Shown: one piece after another, positions 36,676 to 50,013 of the stretch
Numbering within the stretch: position 1 is the stretch's first letter
Layout of the letters: each line of letters begins with the position of its first letter
Origin: Candidatus Micrarchaeota archaeon
GTDB taxonomy: Archaea; Micrarchaeota; Micrarchaeia; Anstonellales; Bilamarchaeaceae
Assembly (NCBI GenBank): GCA_043827025.1
Contig: JBDRPL010000010.1
Location: 1 to 64,000 of the forward strand
Direction: 5' to 3'
DNA: 64,000 nucleotides
Notes under the pieces: generated by a model
The model's input: only the letters and a program-made list of their open reading frames with translations
Told to the model about the DNA's origin: nothing
Database searches by the model: none
Position numbers and translations under genes: made by a program

Positions 36676-36876
36676 TTACCGTGTTCTTTTTAGTTTAGGG
36701 TTTTCTTCCCCTATCCCCATTACTAGGAATGCAACTCCTGACAGTATCGTTATAGCAACCATCAGGCCGAGTATGACGTTCTTAGCTGTTCCTAGAAACT
36801 CTCCGAAATATTCAGTCATCCCAATAGCAATAACTATCAGCAATATGCCCAGCAGGCAATACTTCCATGATTCCAT
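36676..36876 (-). CDS. Small two-TM membrane protein
   Basis: WKYCLLGILL..EY.. then second TM; start at MESW. Confidence 0.7.
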   Translation of the reverse strand: MESWKYCLLGILLIVIAIGMTEYFGEFLGTAKNVILGLMVAITILSGVAFLVMGIGEENPKLKRTR

Positions 36877-36913
36877 TAATTGTTTGTGTTTAGCAGGTTT
36901 AAATGGGTTTTGC

Positions 36914-37468
36914 TTAAGCATACCTCGCCCTTTTCTTTACTTGTTCTATTCTTTTTTCAATCTGGTCAAACTTATTGCATTTTCTGTAACCTTCAACGAA
37001 TTTCTCGCCTTCTTCCGTATTAATCATCTTCAGCATTGTCAAAACATCGATTGCCTTGTCTTCTATGTCTGATGAAACGAATCCAAGCCCGAAATCTATT
37101 ACAACTAGTTTTCCATTTTCGAAAAGAAGGTTTGCTGGTGTAAAATCACCATGAATGATATCTGCATTATGCAGTTTTGCAAGTATTTCTCCAGCCTGTT
37201 TTGCAATTCCACCATCTATCTTCCGTTTGCCTTTCACAAACTCTAGTGTTAATTTAAACTCTTCAACAGCAAGCACTGTTGGGCATGAAACCCCAGCTAG
37301 TTTTGCTTTATGAAGGAGCCTTGCCTCGCGCCTTGTCCTTTCTCTTCTTAATTTCTCGTCAAGCTCCTTGTTCCTATAATTTTTCACTACCCTGTCTTTC
37401 ACAACTACCTTTCTTCCTATGAATTTGCTAGTAGTTACAATTGCTTCTGCACCTTTACTTTGCTTCAT
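36914..37468 (-). CDS. bud32: KEOPS complex kinase Bud32
   Basis: GAEA, K.R..K.YR...LD..LR..RT..EAR, IIHGDFTPAN, IDFGL, EDKAID, R.RY end. Confidence 0.94.
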   Translation of the reverse strand: MKQSKGAEAIVTTSKFIGRKVVVKDRVVKNYRNKELDEKLRRERTRREARLLHKAKLAGVSCPTVLAVEEFKLTLEFVKGKRKIDGGIAKQAGEILAKLHNADIIHGDFTPANLLFENGKLVVIDFGLGFVSSDIEDKAIDVLTMLKMINTEEGEKFVEGYRKCNKFDQIEKRIEQVKKRARYA

Positions 37469-38202
37469 TTCCTTACCCTTGAAAAAAGCCCTGAGATGAG
37501 CATAAACAATACTAGCAATATTCCCCAACTCACAACCATGCCCATGAAAAACCCTGGCATGTCAAGCATCTTTTCCATGACTATGGCAACTATTCCAGTG
37601 GCAATCAGGAATCCACCCCATACTACTTTGCTCCATGCGAATATCTTGCTTCCGTCAAGCGGGAATACTGGTATAGCATTGAAAAGTCCAAGCAGGAGAT
37701 TTATGTAGGCTCCGAACTGCCATACTGAGATTGGCCCTCCAAGTATGGCAAGGAAAACAGTTATCTCTTTGGTTGCGCTTAGGAATATGAACGCAATTGC
37801 AACAACAAGATTGGTCACTGGCCCTGCAAGCGAAATCATCCCGTTTTCTTTTCTCGTTATCCTTGGGGCATAGATATAAACTGCACCAGGGGCTGCGAAT
37901 ATGAAGCCGAAAAGAGAAGTCAGCATCATCAGGAATATTCCCTGAAACCACATCACGAATTTTGCAGATGCCCCATAATAGATTGCAGTTATCTTGTGGG
38001 CCATCTCGTGAAGTATGAATCCGCTTCCTACTGTGACAATGCAAAGGAAAGTCATCACTATAAATTCATCAGGATTATTGGCCATTGTTTCTATTCCCGA
38101 AAGCCCTCCTGCAAAAAATATGGTGAATGCTACGGATAAGGCGAGTATGGAGGCGATAATGTCTCTGATTTCATCTTTTCCGAATTTTATTTGATTAAAC
38201 AT
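37465..38202 (-). CDS. Site-2 protease (peptidase M50)
   Basis: HEMAH, AAPGAV, ISLAGP..N, FNAIP.FPLDG. Confidence 0.93.
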   Translation of the reverse strand: MFNQIKFGKDEIRDIIASILALSVAFTIFFAGGLSGIETMANNPDEFIVMTFLCIVTVGSGFILHEMAHKITAIYYGASAKFVMWFQGIFLMMLTSLFGFIFAAPGAVYIYAPRITRKENGMISLAGPVTNLVVAIAFIFLSATKEITVFLAILGGPISVWQFGAYINLLLGLFNAIPVFPLDGSKIFAWSKVVWGGFLIATGIVAIVMEKMLDMPGFFMGMVVSWGILLVLFMLISGLFSRVRK

Positions 38203-38572
38203 TTGCAATCTCCTCATATATTGCCCTTATCCTGGGTGGTGAAAAAACTCCGCTGTATGACTCTACAATGCCAAGCGCCTCGCTTCCATTTCCGAATCTT
38301 ACCCTTATCTTATCATTTTTCTTTCCTTTGTCAACTGCAGTGCCTGTCCTTCCAATAACAACAGGAGTAGAATTGCTTACTACTGAAACAGTGTCGCCTG
38401 CCTTTATCCCCCTTATCTCAGGATAAATGATGGATGCAGTTATTGAAATCGCGCACCCTATTGCCAGGAATTTTGCAAGATCTGTGAGATCTGCATCAGG
38501 TATCATGCCAAAATAAAAAAGCGACAATGCGACCAATACTGCGAATAGCTTTACGAATATCTTAAGTCTCAT
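38195..38572 (-). CDS. Membrane protein with NfeD-like C-terminal OB fold
   Basis: Two TMs then IGRTGTAV...IRVRFG beta-rich domain. Confidence 0.55.
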   Translation of the reverse strand: MRLKIFVKLFAVLVALSLFYFGMIPDADLTDLAKFLAIGCAISITASIIYPEIRGIKAGDTVSVVSNSTPVVIGRTGTAVDKGKKNDKIRVRFGNGSEALGIVESYSGVFSPPRIRAIYEEIANV

Positions 38573-38615
38573 TTTATAGCACCATTACTTTCATCATCTA
38601 TATTCATCGATCTAT

Positions 38616-41692
<3,077 letters not shown>

Positions 41693-41735
41693 TTTGAACC
41701 TCCGTATCAAGCGCTGTTCAAGGAACAGTCTATAA

Positions 41736-43430
41736 TCAGGATTCCTCTTCCCAAAGTTTCTTTATGAGTCCTTTCAATTCCTCTCTTTTCTTTCTGAATT
41801 CGGTCTCTTCTTCCCTGGTGAGGGTTATTTCATTGGCAACTTCATCTTCTGTGATGCCCTCTTCGCTTCCAAGAGCACCACTGCTCCTTATGGAAAGCAT
41901 TTCAGCTTGTTTTGAAAGCATATTGAGTTTCCTTGTAAGGTTGCCTGCAAGCGTGACAGTTTCATCTATTTTGTATTTTATCTCGTCTATAGTATCTTTC
42001 TTGTTTTTTATCTCTTCTATGTTCTTGAGTAGCGGACCTATATCTCCAATCTCGCCCTTTTGGAGTTTCTTCCTGTAGTTTTCTATTTCGGCATCTATGC
42101 CTTTTGAAAGTTCCTTTTTCATGCCTTGCACATCTTCTTCTATTTCAGAGAGCTGTGTCGAGTAGGCTTCCAGCGAACCAAGAGTCCTTTCCTTTATCTT
42201 CTGGAACGTTGCATATGTGCTTCCTTCTTCCTCAACTGCCCTGAACACTTCTTCGGATTCTGCGATTATTTGGTTTCTTATGTCCTCTGCCTTCTTTTGT
42301 ATCGTCTTGAATTCCTTGAGTATGTCTATTGGGCCTGAAACTTCTGAAAGGAGTTTTTCCATTGCCTCCATTTTTTCTCCCAGGTCATTTTCCTTGGATT
42401 CCAGTTCTGCCACCTTTGCATTGACTTCTTTTTGCGAAGGGAATTTTTTCATTATGTCTTTTGCAACATCTATGGAATCTGCGAACCTTTCAACAGTGTC
42501 GGCATCGCCCTTTATTTCTTCAAGCATTTCAGCGCTTCTTTTTTGGACGTCTCCCATTGTCTTGAGCATGCCCTGCATTTCTTTTTTCATGGACTCTGTT
42601 CTTTTCTCATGGGTTTTTATTGCATCTGCTATTGACTGGCTTAGTTCAGCGGTTTCTGTGAGGTTCCTCATATCTTCCTTTACCTTGAAATTGTTTTTAG
42701 CAAGATCCTTGAATTCTAGTTTTAGCTTGTCTAGTTTTTTGGTGAAATCGAGTTTCTGCATTTCTTTTGGCAGCATTTTCCTGGCTTCATCTATTTTTTC
42801 CTCGATGTCTGTGACTTCTGTTTTTATGCCTTTAATCTCTTTTCTTAGAGAATCCATCTTGGTGTTGTCCATTCCACCCTTTCCTTTTATTTCGGACTTG
42901 ATTGACTGTACCTGGCCCTTGAGTTCCTTGTTAGAGTTTTCAATTATCTGAAGTTTGTCTTCAAGTTCCTGTTTCTTGAATTCGTAATCCTCGTATTTCT
43001 TTTCGAGTATTGTCTTGATATCTGTATTTGCCCCTAGCGAGCCTTCTATTTTCTTTATCTTCGGGTAAATCTTTTCGTAAAAATCGTCAAATGTCTTCTT
43101 CATTTTCTCGAGGCTCTTGATCTCAGGTTCAATTTCGTCTTTTAGTTCCGCAACCTTGGTTTTTACAGAAGCCTTTTCCCGATATATGGCCTGGGTCTCC
43201 TTTTCCACTTCCTTTTCAGTTGGTTTGACCCAGCTTAAGTAGACTTTGGTCAAATAATAATCAACGCGTATTATTCCCTCTTCATCAAGAACCTTGGCCC
43301 AGTCTTCGACCTGTTCTATTTCGATTTTGAGGATCTTAGCTGCCATTTCGAGCTCTATCTTCTGCTTTTCCTTTACTAATCTAACAAGTTTGTCCACACC
43401 TGTCGTAACAAGAAGCTCGTCGAATTCCAT
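41736..43430 (-). CDS. N-terminal winged-helix + long coiled-coil protein
   Basis: TGVDKLVRLVKEK...VEDWAKVLDEEGII.VDY followed by ~450 aa of heptad-like K/E-rich sequence; no Walker A. Confidence 0.85.
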   Translation of the reverse strand: MEFDELLVTTGVDKLVRLVKEKQKIELEMAAKILKIEIEQVEDWAKVLDEEGIIRVDYYLTKVYLSWVKPTEKEVEKETQAIYREKASVKTKVAELKDEIEPEIKSLEKMKKTFDDFYEKIYPKIKKIEGSLGANTDIKTILEKKYEDYEFKKQELEDKLQIIENSNKELKGQVQSIKSEIKGKGGMDNTKMDSLRKEIKGIKTEVTDIEEKIDEARKMLPKEMQKLDFTKKLDKLKLEFKDLAKNNFKVKEDMRNLTETAELSQSIADAIKTHEKRTESMKKEMQGMLKTMGDVQKRSAEMLEEIKGDADTVERFADSIDVAKDIMKKFPSQKEVNAKVAELESKENDLGEKMEAMEKLLSEVSGPIDILKEFKTIQKKAEDIRNQIIAESEEVFRAVEEEGSTYATFQKIKERTLGSLEAYSTQLSEIEEDVQGMKKELSKGIDAEIENYRKKLQKGEIGDIGPLLKNIEEIKNKKDTIDEIKYKIDETVTLAGNLTRKLNMLSKQAEMLSIRSSGALGSEEGITEDEVANEITLTREEETEFRKKREELKGLIKKLWEEES

Positions 43431-43493
43431 ATGCTTATAATAATTTAGATATGGTTAATAAACTTGCGCCTCCATTATTTTTGAGTGGTACTA

Positions 43494-45005
43494 ATGGATC
43501 AGGGCTTGGATTATAACATCATCAAAAACGAAAAGGGTCCTCTTCAACGTTTCAAGAACCAAAATCTCCTTTTGAAAAAGTTCGGAGAAGTTGGCCTTCA
43601 GGTTTACAAAGTAATAACTGGGAAGAGAACTGTCAACGAGCTTAGGAAAGACCTTGGGATGGATAATGATGTTTTCTCAGGTATAATTACTTATATGGAA
43701 GAAGCAGGCATGATAACTTTGGAGTCTGCTGGTGAATCCAAAAAGCAGAAACCTTCGGAAACTGGCAAGGCAAAGGGAAGGAAGCCTATAGAAGAACCTA
43801 CTGAAGAGCCTGTTGAAGAAACAAAAGAAGAGAAATCACCTGAAGAATCATTTGAGATACTTCCTGAGGAGGATCTTGAGATAAAGCCAGATGATGGGGC
43901 AAATGAAGAATCAGATATTTTCCCTCCAAGGTCTAGGAAGGGCCAGAAAAAGAAACCTGAGGAGGAGATTTTTGAAATTTCAGAAGAAGACACTACGGCC
44001 TCTGATGAAAATACTGAAGAACCTCAACAGGAAGAAGAGGTTGCTGAAGATGCTGATGATCAAGAAAAACCTGTGGATGAAATAGAGCCTTTCGAGGTAG
44101 AAAATGCTGATGAAGAGCCACTGACTGATGAAGCTAGTGAGGGCAAAGATACTTCAGAAGAAGGCGAGACGCGGGAAGAAGAGGACCTAGTACCTTCAGA
44201 TGAGGGTGAAGGATTATCTTTGGATGAAGGGTCTGAAGATTTGAGCCCTGTGGAGAAAATAATAAAGGAGAAATATGGCGACGTTGGTATAAAGGTTTAC
44301 ACTCTTATAGATGGCCAGAGGACTGCTGAAGAGATAATGAATGAAACAGGCCTCACGGAATCAAAGCTTGTTGAAATATTGGATTTTATGGATGAGCAGG
44401 GCATAATAAAGCTTGAATATCCAAAAGGCAAGAAGAAAACCGAAGGTGGTCTAAGTTCTGGCATTGAAGATGTGCACAAGGAGGAGTTCATTCCAATATT
44501 GTCTTCCCAGGAAGGCGATGCGGATATGAAGATAATCGATCTTTCTCCTTTAGAAGTTCCTATAAAATCAAGAGTAGATATTATGGCTTCTATGCAGCTG
44601 AAGGCAAAGCTTTTCATGAATCAGAAAGCCTCGAAAGTGTATGATGCAGTTGATGGCCAGAAAGATTCTATTGACTTGTGCCTGAAGCTCAACATCCCCA
44701 TCTACGATCTTGCAAGTGTGTTGAAGTTCCTGATTTCAGAGAAGGTAATTGTGGTTAAATCGCTGATGCGCGCAGAAGTGAAGAAAAAATACGGCGATGA
44801 TGCATACAATGTCTATAAGAAATACGGAAAAGAAGGACTTTTGCTTTACCAGCTTATAGGTCGTGAAGACTTGTCATTCAAGCAGATGGCGGACAAAGTT
44901 TCAAAGGACAAGGAGAAGATAGTCGAGATATTCATGTTCATACAGAAAGTACTGAGTCTTGACCTTCCGCTTGATAAGGATGTGCTATATAAACAGCTTG
45001 AATGA
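43494..45005 (+). CDS. Multi-winged-helix protein with long acidic linker
   Basis: Repeated (F/Y)G..G..VY..IDG.RT..E units and a ~170-aa D/E-rich linker. Confidence 0.8.
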   Translation: MDQGLDYNIIKNEKGPLQRFKNQNLLLKKFGEVGLQVYKVITGKRTVNELRKDLGMDNDVFSGIITYMEEAGMITLESAGESKKQKPSETGKAKGRKPIEEPTEEPVEETKEEKSPEESFEILPEEDLEIKPDDGANEESDIFPPRSRKGQKKKPEEEIFEISEEDTTASDENTEEPQQEEEVAEDADDQEKPVDEIEPFEVENADEEPLTDEASEGKDTSEEGETREEEDLVPSDEGEGLSLDEGSEDLSPVEKIIKEKYGDVGIKVYTLIDGQRTAEEIMNETGLTESKLVEILDFMDEQGIIKLEYPKGKKKTEGGLSSGIEDVHKEEFIPILSSQEGDADMKIIDLSPLEVPIKSRVDIMASMQLKAKLFMNQKASKVYDAVDGQKDSIDLCLKLNIPIYDLASVLKFLISEKVIVVKSLMRAEVKKKYGDDAYNVYKKYGKEGLLLYQLIGREDLSFKQMADKVSKDKEKIVEIFMFIQKVLSLDLPLDKDVLYKQLE

Positions 45006-45007
45006 GG

Positions 45008-45388
45008 TCATATGCGGCTAATGGACATCTTTTCCAGTTCCATATCGGTAGCTTTCTTTCTTATTTTGTATTTTATCTTCTTTCCAATTTTTATTTTATC
45101 TGCATCGTCTGTAAAATTTATCAATAGTATTTCATTCCTGTCCTTGAACCTCATTTCTTCAACAGCTCGTCCGATGTCTTTTTTCCCAGAGAGCCAGAGA
45201 AGAAACTCGAGTTTCTCCTTTTTCGCCAGGTTTGTCTTGTTTTCAATGGATTTTTTGCATAGCTCGTAGGCCAGCATTATCTGCTCCTCGCTTGTCTTTT
45301 CAGGGTCAAGAAGCAGTATTTCATTTTCCATTTCCAGTCCTTTAAGCTCTCCTATACTTAGGTCTGATGAAATGATTTCAAATTTCAT
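45008..45388 (-). CDS. cgi121: KEOPS complex subunit Cgi121
   Basis: NLAKKEKLEFLLWLSGKKDIGRAV and C-terminal LEKM. Confidence 0.8.
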   Translation of the reverse strand: MKFEIISSDLSIGELKGLEMENEILLLDPEKTSEEQIMLAYELCKKSIENKTNLAKKEKLEFLLWLSGKKDIGRAVEEMRFKDRNEILLINFTDDADKIKIGKKIKYKIRKKATDMELEKMSISRI

Positions 45389-45513
45389 GCATTATTTATC
45401 TCCAGTATCATTAAAAACTCCATCCCGAAAGAGTTAAAAAAGCTACTCATGAACATTAATTTCCTATTATATTGATTATAGAGTATAATGGAATATTTAT
45501 TCGAGGTTAATTT

Positions 45514-45897
45514 ATGGATCAATATCAAAGATCACACGAGAAGAAAGTCGGAAGCGGCACAGGCGGCCGTAAGAACAAGGCAAGGGACAAGAAGCTTGCG
45601 CACATGGGAAACCCATTCATTAGCCCTAGAGTCAGGGATGTAGAAGAAACGGTATGCATGAGGGAAAGGGGCGGAAACAGAAAATTCAAGGTCAAAAAAG
45701 CACTTTTCATAAACGTGATCATGAAGGACAAGAAGGCGAAGAAAGTGAAGATCATCTCTGTTGTCGAGAGCCATAATCCTGAATTCGTAAGGCAGAATGT
45801 AGTCACCAAGGGTGCAGTTGTGAATACTGAACTTGGAAAGGCAAGAGTTATGAACAGGATTGGCCAGGACGGATTAATCAACGGCGTTCTTCTCTGA
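45514..45897 (+). CDS. rps8e: 30S ribosomal protein S8e
   Basis: TGGR, RGGN.K, NP.FVR.NVVTKGAVV.TELG.A.V..R.GQDG.ING. Confidence 0.95.
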   Translation: MDQYQRSHEKKVGSGTGGRKNKARDKKLAHMGNPFISPRVRDVEETVCMRERGGNRKFKVKKALFINVIMKDKKAKKVKIISVVESHNPEFVRQNVVTKGAVVNTELGKARVMNRIGQDGLINGVLL

Positions 45898-45972
45898 TTT
45901 TATCTTTTTATCATCTTATTTTTCTGATTTTTTAATCTTCTAATTTATTAATTTTCTCTTCTTAATCAGCCT

Positions 45973-46671
45973 ATGCAGTATAGATATTTTTGTCTGTTGC
46001 TGATTGTGCTTGTTTTTTTCGGGTGCACTAGTAATATTCCGGCAAAGCAAGGAAACGGCCAAGACAATGTTACTGTACAGAATATTTCAGAGAATGGTGA
46101 AACAATGACTGCGAAACAACACATGGCCAAAGAAGATTATCTGAAGATTGGGAAAGTTGTCAATAATATTCCTGAATTCCCCGGACAGAAGATGCTGGAG
46201 ATATATAAGAAAACAGAGTTCAAGTTCAAGCCATTTGCAAAGAAACTTGTGGAATCTCCGTACAGCAACACGAGCTGTGCTTATTATGTTGCAATAGAAT
46301 ACGATGATTCCGACCCAGAAGCAAGGCAGCACATAAATACTCAGGTTTCAGACAACGAGTTCTTTGTCGAATATGATTCCTATTGGATAGAGCCGGATGT
46401 TGTGAAACTAGAGGTGTATGATGGGGAGAAATTCACCTACAGCCTTGAACCAATCATCACAAAGAAGGGAAAGAAGACTTATGAAGAATATTGCATTGTC
46501 CCTGGTAGGGAATACATGCTCAGAATATTCGCATATGGCTCGTCATATGAAGGCGATGGTGGAGTTGTAAGCAGGCAGAACTTCCATTTCTACATAAGCG
46601 ACCAGAAGTATGATGGAAAGAAGATGGTGAAGGAAGTCTCGACAGAAGTGGAGAGTACTTCTCGCACATGA
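45973..46671 (+). CDS. Putative lipoprotein
   Basis: Hydrophobic leader + FFGC lipobox. Confidence 0.75.
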   Translation: MQYRYFCLLLIVLVFFGCTSNIPAKQGNGQDNVTVQNISENGETMTAKQHMAKEDYLKIGKVVNNIPEFPGQKMLEIYKKTEFKFKPFAKKLVESPYSNTSCAYYVAIEYDDSDPEARQHINTQVSDNEFFVEYDSYWIEPDVVKLEVYDGEKFTYSLEPIITKKGKKTYEEYCIVPGREYMLRIFAYGSSYEGDGGVVSRQNFHFYISDQKYDGKKMVKEVSTEVESTSRT

Positions 46672-46680
46672 TTTCAGGTT

Positions 46681-48732
46681 TCATCTAACGTTTCCTTCTT
46701 TTATTTTATATGATTCAATTTTCTTGCCATTTGCAGTCAATGGTTTTCCATTGTAATACGCCTTTCCTTCTTTCACTTCCATCTTTACTTTTGAGAATTC
46801 CTTGAATGATATTTTTTCCTTTGGCTGGCCATGCTCGCCTTCTACTTTTATTTTCGTGCCAACTGGAACATCTGGTGAAAACAATTCATATTTTGTTTCC
46901 TTATCTTCAACACCAAGCACCATTCCTTCGGATTTTGCATTACGTATCACAGCCGGCTCAAGGTTCTTTACTATGACAACAGTCTTCCCAACTATCTCTT
47001 CAGGAGTGTAGTCTTTTGCAAGACCTGACACCACCTGTATTTCTTTGTCTCCGAGTTTTATCTTTTCGATGAACAGCTTGTCTGCATCAGGATGCTTCTT
47101 TGCCTCTAATATTTGGCCAACTTCAAGGTCAAGATCCGCGAACTTCATCTCAATTTGCACTGGCTTGGCTGCCTGTTGCTTCAATTTTTCAATCTGTTTC
47201 ACATCAATCTTGTTGAACAATATCTGCGGTTCTCCGATTAATTCTACAGGGAATATGGTAAGCATTTCACGTATTCTTTTGGTTGTATTCGGCATGTAGG
47301 GCTCTATCATGTCTGCAATGAGGTAAACCTGCCGTGCCAGCAAACAGATTACAGTTGTTGCCCTTTCCATATCTGTCTTTACCAATTCCCAGGGCTTGTT
47401 GTCCTGGAAATATTTGTTCGCATTCTTGCTGTATGCCATTATCCTGTGGAGCGCGCTGGTTAATTCATATTTTTTCAAATCCGCTTCAACTTCTTTATTT
47501 ATTTTTTCTTGCCCTTCGAGGAATTTTTCATCCTCTTCAGTGAATTCTCCCTTTTCGTTTTCCATTTCTATTTTCGAATCAAAATTGTTTTTTATGAAAA
47601 CTAAAGTTCGATTGACAAGGTTTCCCAAATTGGCAACAAGCTCATTGTTTATTCTTTCAACAAGCTTTGACTCTGAAAAGTCTCCGTCATCAAATGTTGG
47701 CACCTCTGCCATTAAATAATATCTCAATTGGTCCGCGCCGTATTTTTCAATCAGCACCATTGGGTCAAGCACATTGCCAAGGCTTTTGCTCATCTTCTGG
47801 CCCTCTACTGTGATATATCCATGGACAAATATTCCTTTTGGCAGTTTCAATCCTGCGGAAAGAAGCATTGCTATCCAGTAAATGGCATGAAATCTGATAA
47901 TTCCCTTTCCAATTACATGCAAATCGCAGGGCCACCATTTCTTGAACTTCTTTTCATCGAATCCGTAGCCTACTCCAGTTATATAACAGCTCAATGCATC
48001 GAACCATACATACATTATCTGTGTCTCGTCCCCTGGAACTGGCACGCCCCAATTCCTTGCCCTTGCCACTGACCTTGAAATGCTGAAATCCTCTAATCCT
48101 GCCCTTATGAAGCTCAGTACTTCGTTTTTTCTGGTTTCAGGATATATCTTCAGTTCATCATTCTCTATAAGTTGTTCGAGCTTCCTCTGGTATCTTGAAA
48201 GCTTGAAAAAGTAGTTTTCTTCTTCCACTTCAACTGGTTTTGAATTATGCTCTTTGCATAAACCATCTGAAAGTTCATCTTCCTTGTAGAATGCCTCGCA
48301 TCCAACGCAGTAAATTCCCTTATATTTCTTTTTGTAGATGTCTCCTGATTTATTGCACAGTTCCCATAGTTTCTGCACACCTGGCCAATGATCCGTCTTG
48401 CTCGAGGATTTCTTGAACTCATTATATGACAGCCCTATCTTGTCTGCAAGTTCCTTGAATTTTCGGCCGTTTTCATCGCATAATCGCTGGGTGGAGATGC
48501 CAAGCTTCTCAGCCGCCTGCACGTTCTTCAAGCTATTCTCGTCAGCCCCTGTGGTGAGGAACGTTTCCTTGTAAAGCCCAGACTGATATCTTTTGATGAC
48601 ATCTGTTTGTACGAATTCCAGCACGTGCCCTATATGGGGTTTTGCATTCACGTATGGAATGGCGGTTGTTATGTAAAATGTCTCTGCCTTTCTGGGCTTT
48701 GGTTTTGTCCGATTTCTTGTTTTTGATGCCAT
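46681..48732 (-). CDS. metG: Methionine--tRNA ligase with C-terminal tRNA-binding (EMAPII/Trbp) domain
   Basis: YITTAIPYVN..PHIGH, YC..CE, YVWFDAL, KMSKSLGN, HPDADKL, SEGM. Confidence 0.97.
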   Translation of the reverse strand: MASKTRNRTKPKPRKAETFYITTAIPYVNAKPHIGHVLEFVQTDVIKRYQSGLYKETFLTTGADENSLKNVQAAEKLGISTQRLCDENGRKFKELADKIGLSYNEFKKSSSKTDHWPGVQKLWELCNKSGDIYKKKYKGIYCVGCEAFYKEDELSDGLCKEHNSKPVEVEEENYFFKLSRYQRKLEQLIENDELKIYPETRKNEVLSFIRAGLEDFSISRSVARARNWGVPVPGDETQIMYVWFDALSCYITGVGYGFDEKKFKKWWPCDLHVIGKGIIRFHAIYWIAMLLSAGLKLPKGIFVHGYITVEGQKMSKSLGNVLDPMVLIEKYGADQLRYYLMAEVPTFDDGDFSESKLVERINNELVANLGNLVNRTLVFIKNNFDSKIEMENEKGEFTEEDEKFLEGQEKINKEVEADLKKYELTSALHRIMAYSKNANKYFQDNKPWELVKTDMERATTVICLLARQVYLIADMIEPYMPNTTKRIREMLTIFPVELIGEPQILFNKIDVKQIEKLKQQAAKPVQIEMKFADLDLEVGQILEAKKHPDADKLFIEKIKLGDKEIQVVSGLAKDYTPEEIVGKTVVIVKNLEPAVIRNAKSEGMVLGVEDKETKYELFSPDVPVGTKIKVEGEHGQPKEKISFKEFSKVKMEVKEGKAYYNGKPLTANGKKIESYKIKEGNVR

Positions 48733-48783
48733 GAGAATCACATTTATGTTAATACTCTTAAGAGAGAAACATTTTTAGTTGAT

Positions 48784-49190
48784 TTGAAAAATGCAAATCT
48801 GCCGCAAACCAATTGCTTTGGCTTTAGATGGAGCATTTTTCAACATTAGGGAACTTTGTTCCTTATGTTCATTGACCCATGGTTAATTGGGATATTTGAC
48901 AGTCCAATTGAACGCTGTGTGTTCAATGGACACATGAACGATGTTCGTTCATGCTGTGTCGCGACCGAAGCATCGATGTCGTGAATTGTTATTCACGAAC
49001 ATGCTCAAGAACGACGCTTCGTTCTTGACATCACAAGTATGCTTGCGAACCTTAGTTCGCGACATCTCATTGGCTGACTGGCCAAATGGTTACATAAGTC
49101 TATGTACGTTTTTTGTGGCATTGCCGTATTTATCTATTTCTGAACTAATTATTCTGATAGGAATTAAAGTTCGCAAACCAATTTCAGAAA
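48784..49190. repeat. Intergenic array of about 10-12 consecutive hairpins with a 12-bp direct repeat near each end
   Basis: e.g. TTGAAAAATGC/GCATTTTTCAA, ATGAACGA/TCGTTCAT, TCAAGAACGA/TCGTTCTTGA, GCGAAC/GTTCGC; CGCAAACCAATT at 48803-48814 and 49172-49183. Confidence 0.75.
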
Positions 49191-49226
49191 CAAAAGACTT
49201 ATATATGGTTTTTGCTTAAGTGCAAC

Positions 49227-49940
49227 ATGGATAATAAATCTGTTTTTTCATTGGGATTGCTTTTGATGCTTCTGCTCAGCGGTTGTACACAGAATATCTT
49301 TGATCAAGTGCCTCCCTTTTCTCAACCGCCTCCTGTTTCCCAACAACCGCCTGTTTCTGACAATAAGGTTGGTGGCAATGATGTGGGTAACGGGAACGAC
49401 GTGTCACATTTTTTCTGCGGAGACGGAACTTGCAATGAAGGAAAAGAAACAATAGAGAACTGCCCAAGTGATTGCAAGCTCTGCGACCTTTTAGTAAAGG
49501 AATATGGTCGTGGGCCTACGTCATCCCAAAGCATGAGGGATATGATAAACGGAGAGTATAAGGAACTGGATGCGCAGGTGAATAAATACGCTCCTGGCAT
49601 GGACTGGCTGCCTTTAAAATTTGAGGAGAACAAGGGAAAAAGAGTGACGTGGGTTGGCGTTGTTAGAACTATTTCTAATAATGAAAATGATTTTGTGGTG
49701 GTTTTTAACACCGGTGGAAGGACGTATTCTGCCAAAGTAATGCCAAAAGATGATTATGATGTCTGCATGACTAGTTTCATTCACCACAAGTCAACCAATG
49801 AAATGATTTGGAAAAACGACGTGGTTTTAGTGAGTGGGCGGCTATCGGGCGTAAATACTTTTGGAACTATCTATTTGGATGATGTAACTGCTCTGAGATT
49901 GTTTGATGGCGATACCAGTCGCATTTCCGGAGTCAAGTGA
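49227..49940 (+). CDS. Putative lipoprotein with CGDG-C..CP.DC motif and C-terminal OB-fold-like domain
   Basis: LSGC lipobox, CGDGTCNEGKETIENCPSDC, KGKRVTWVGVV...DVVLVSGRL. Confidence 0.75.
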   Translation: MDNKSVFSLGLLLMLLLSGCTQNIFDQVPPFSQPPPVSQQPPVSDNKVGGNDVGNGNDVSHFFCGDGTCNEGKETIENCPSDCKLCDLLVKEYGRGPTSSQSMRDMINGEYKELDAQVNKYAPGMDWLPLKFEENKGKRVTWVGVVRTISNNENDFVVVFNTGGRTYSAKVMPKDDYDVCMTSFIHHKSTNEMIWKNDVVLVSGRLSGVNTFGTIYLDDVTALRLFDGDTSRISGVK

Positions 49941-50013
49941 ATCTGCCAGAGTCGCACGTTGCTCATTGGCCGAACATTCCTATTTTAATATTTTTCTATT
50001 CTCTTATTCCGAT

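Noticed and set aside
41736..43430. SMC/Rad50 call for the coiled-coil protein
   Set aside because: No Walker A/B, signature, hinge or zinc-hook motif
48941..49219. 92-aa ORF
   Set aside because: Runs through the hairpin array; atypical composition and no motif
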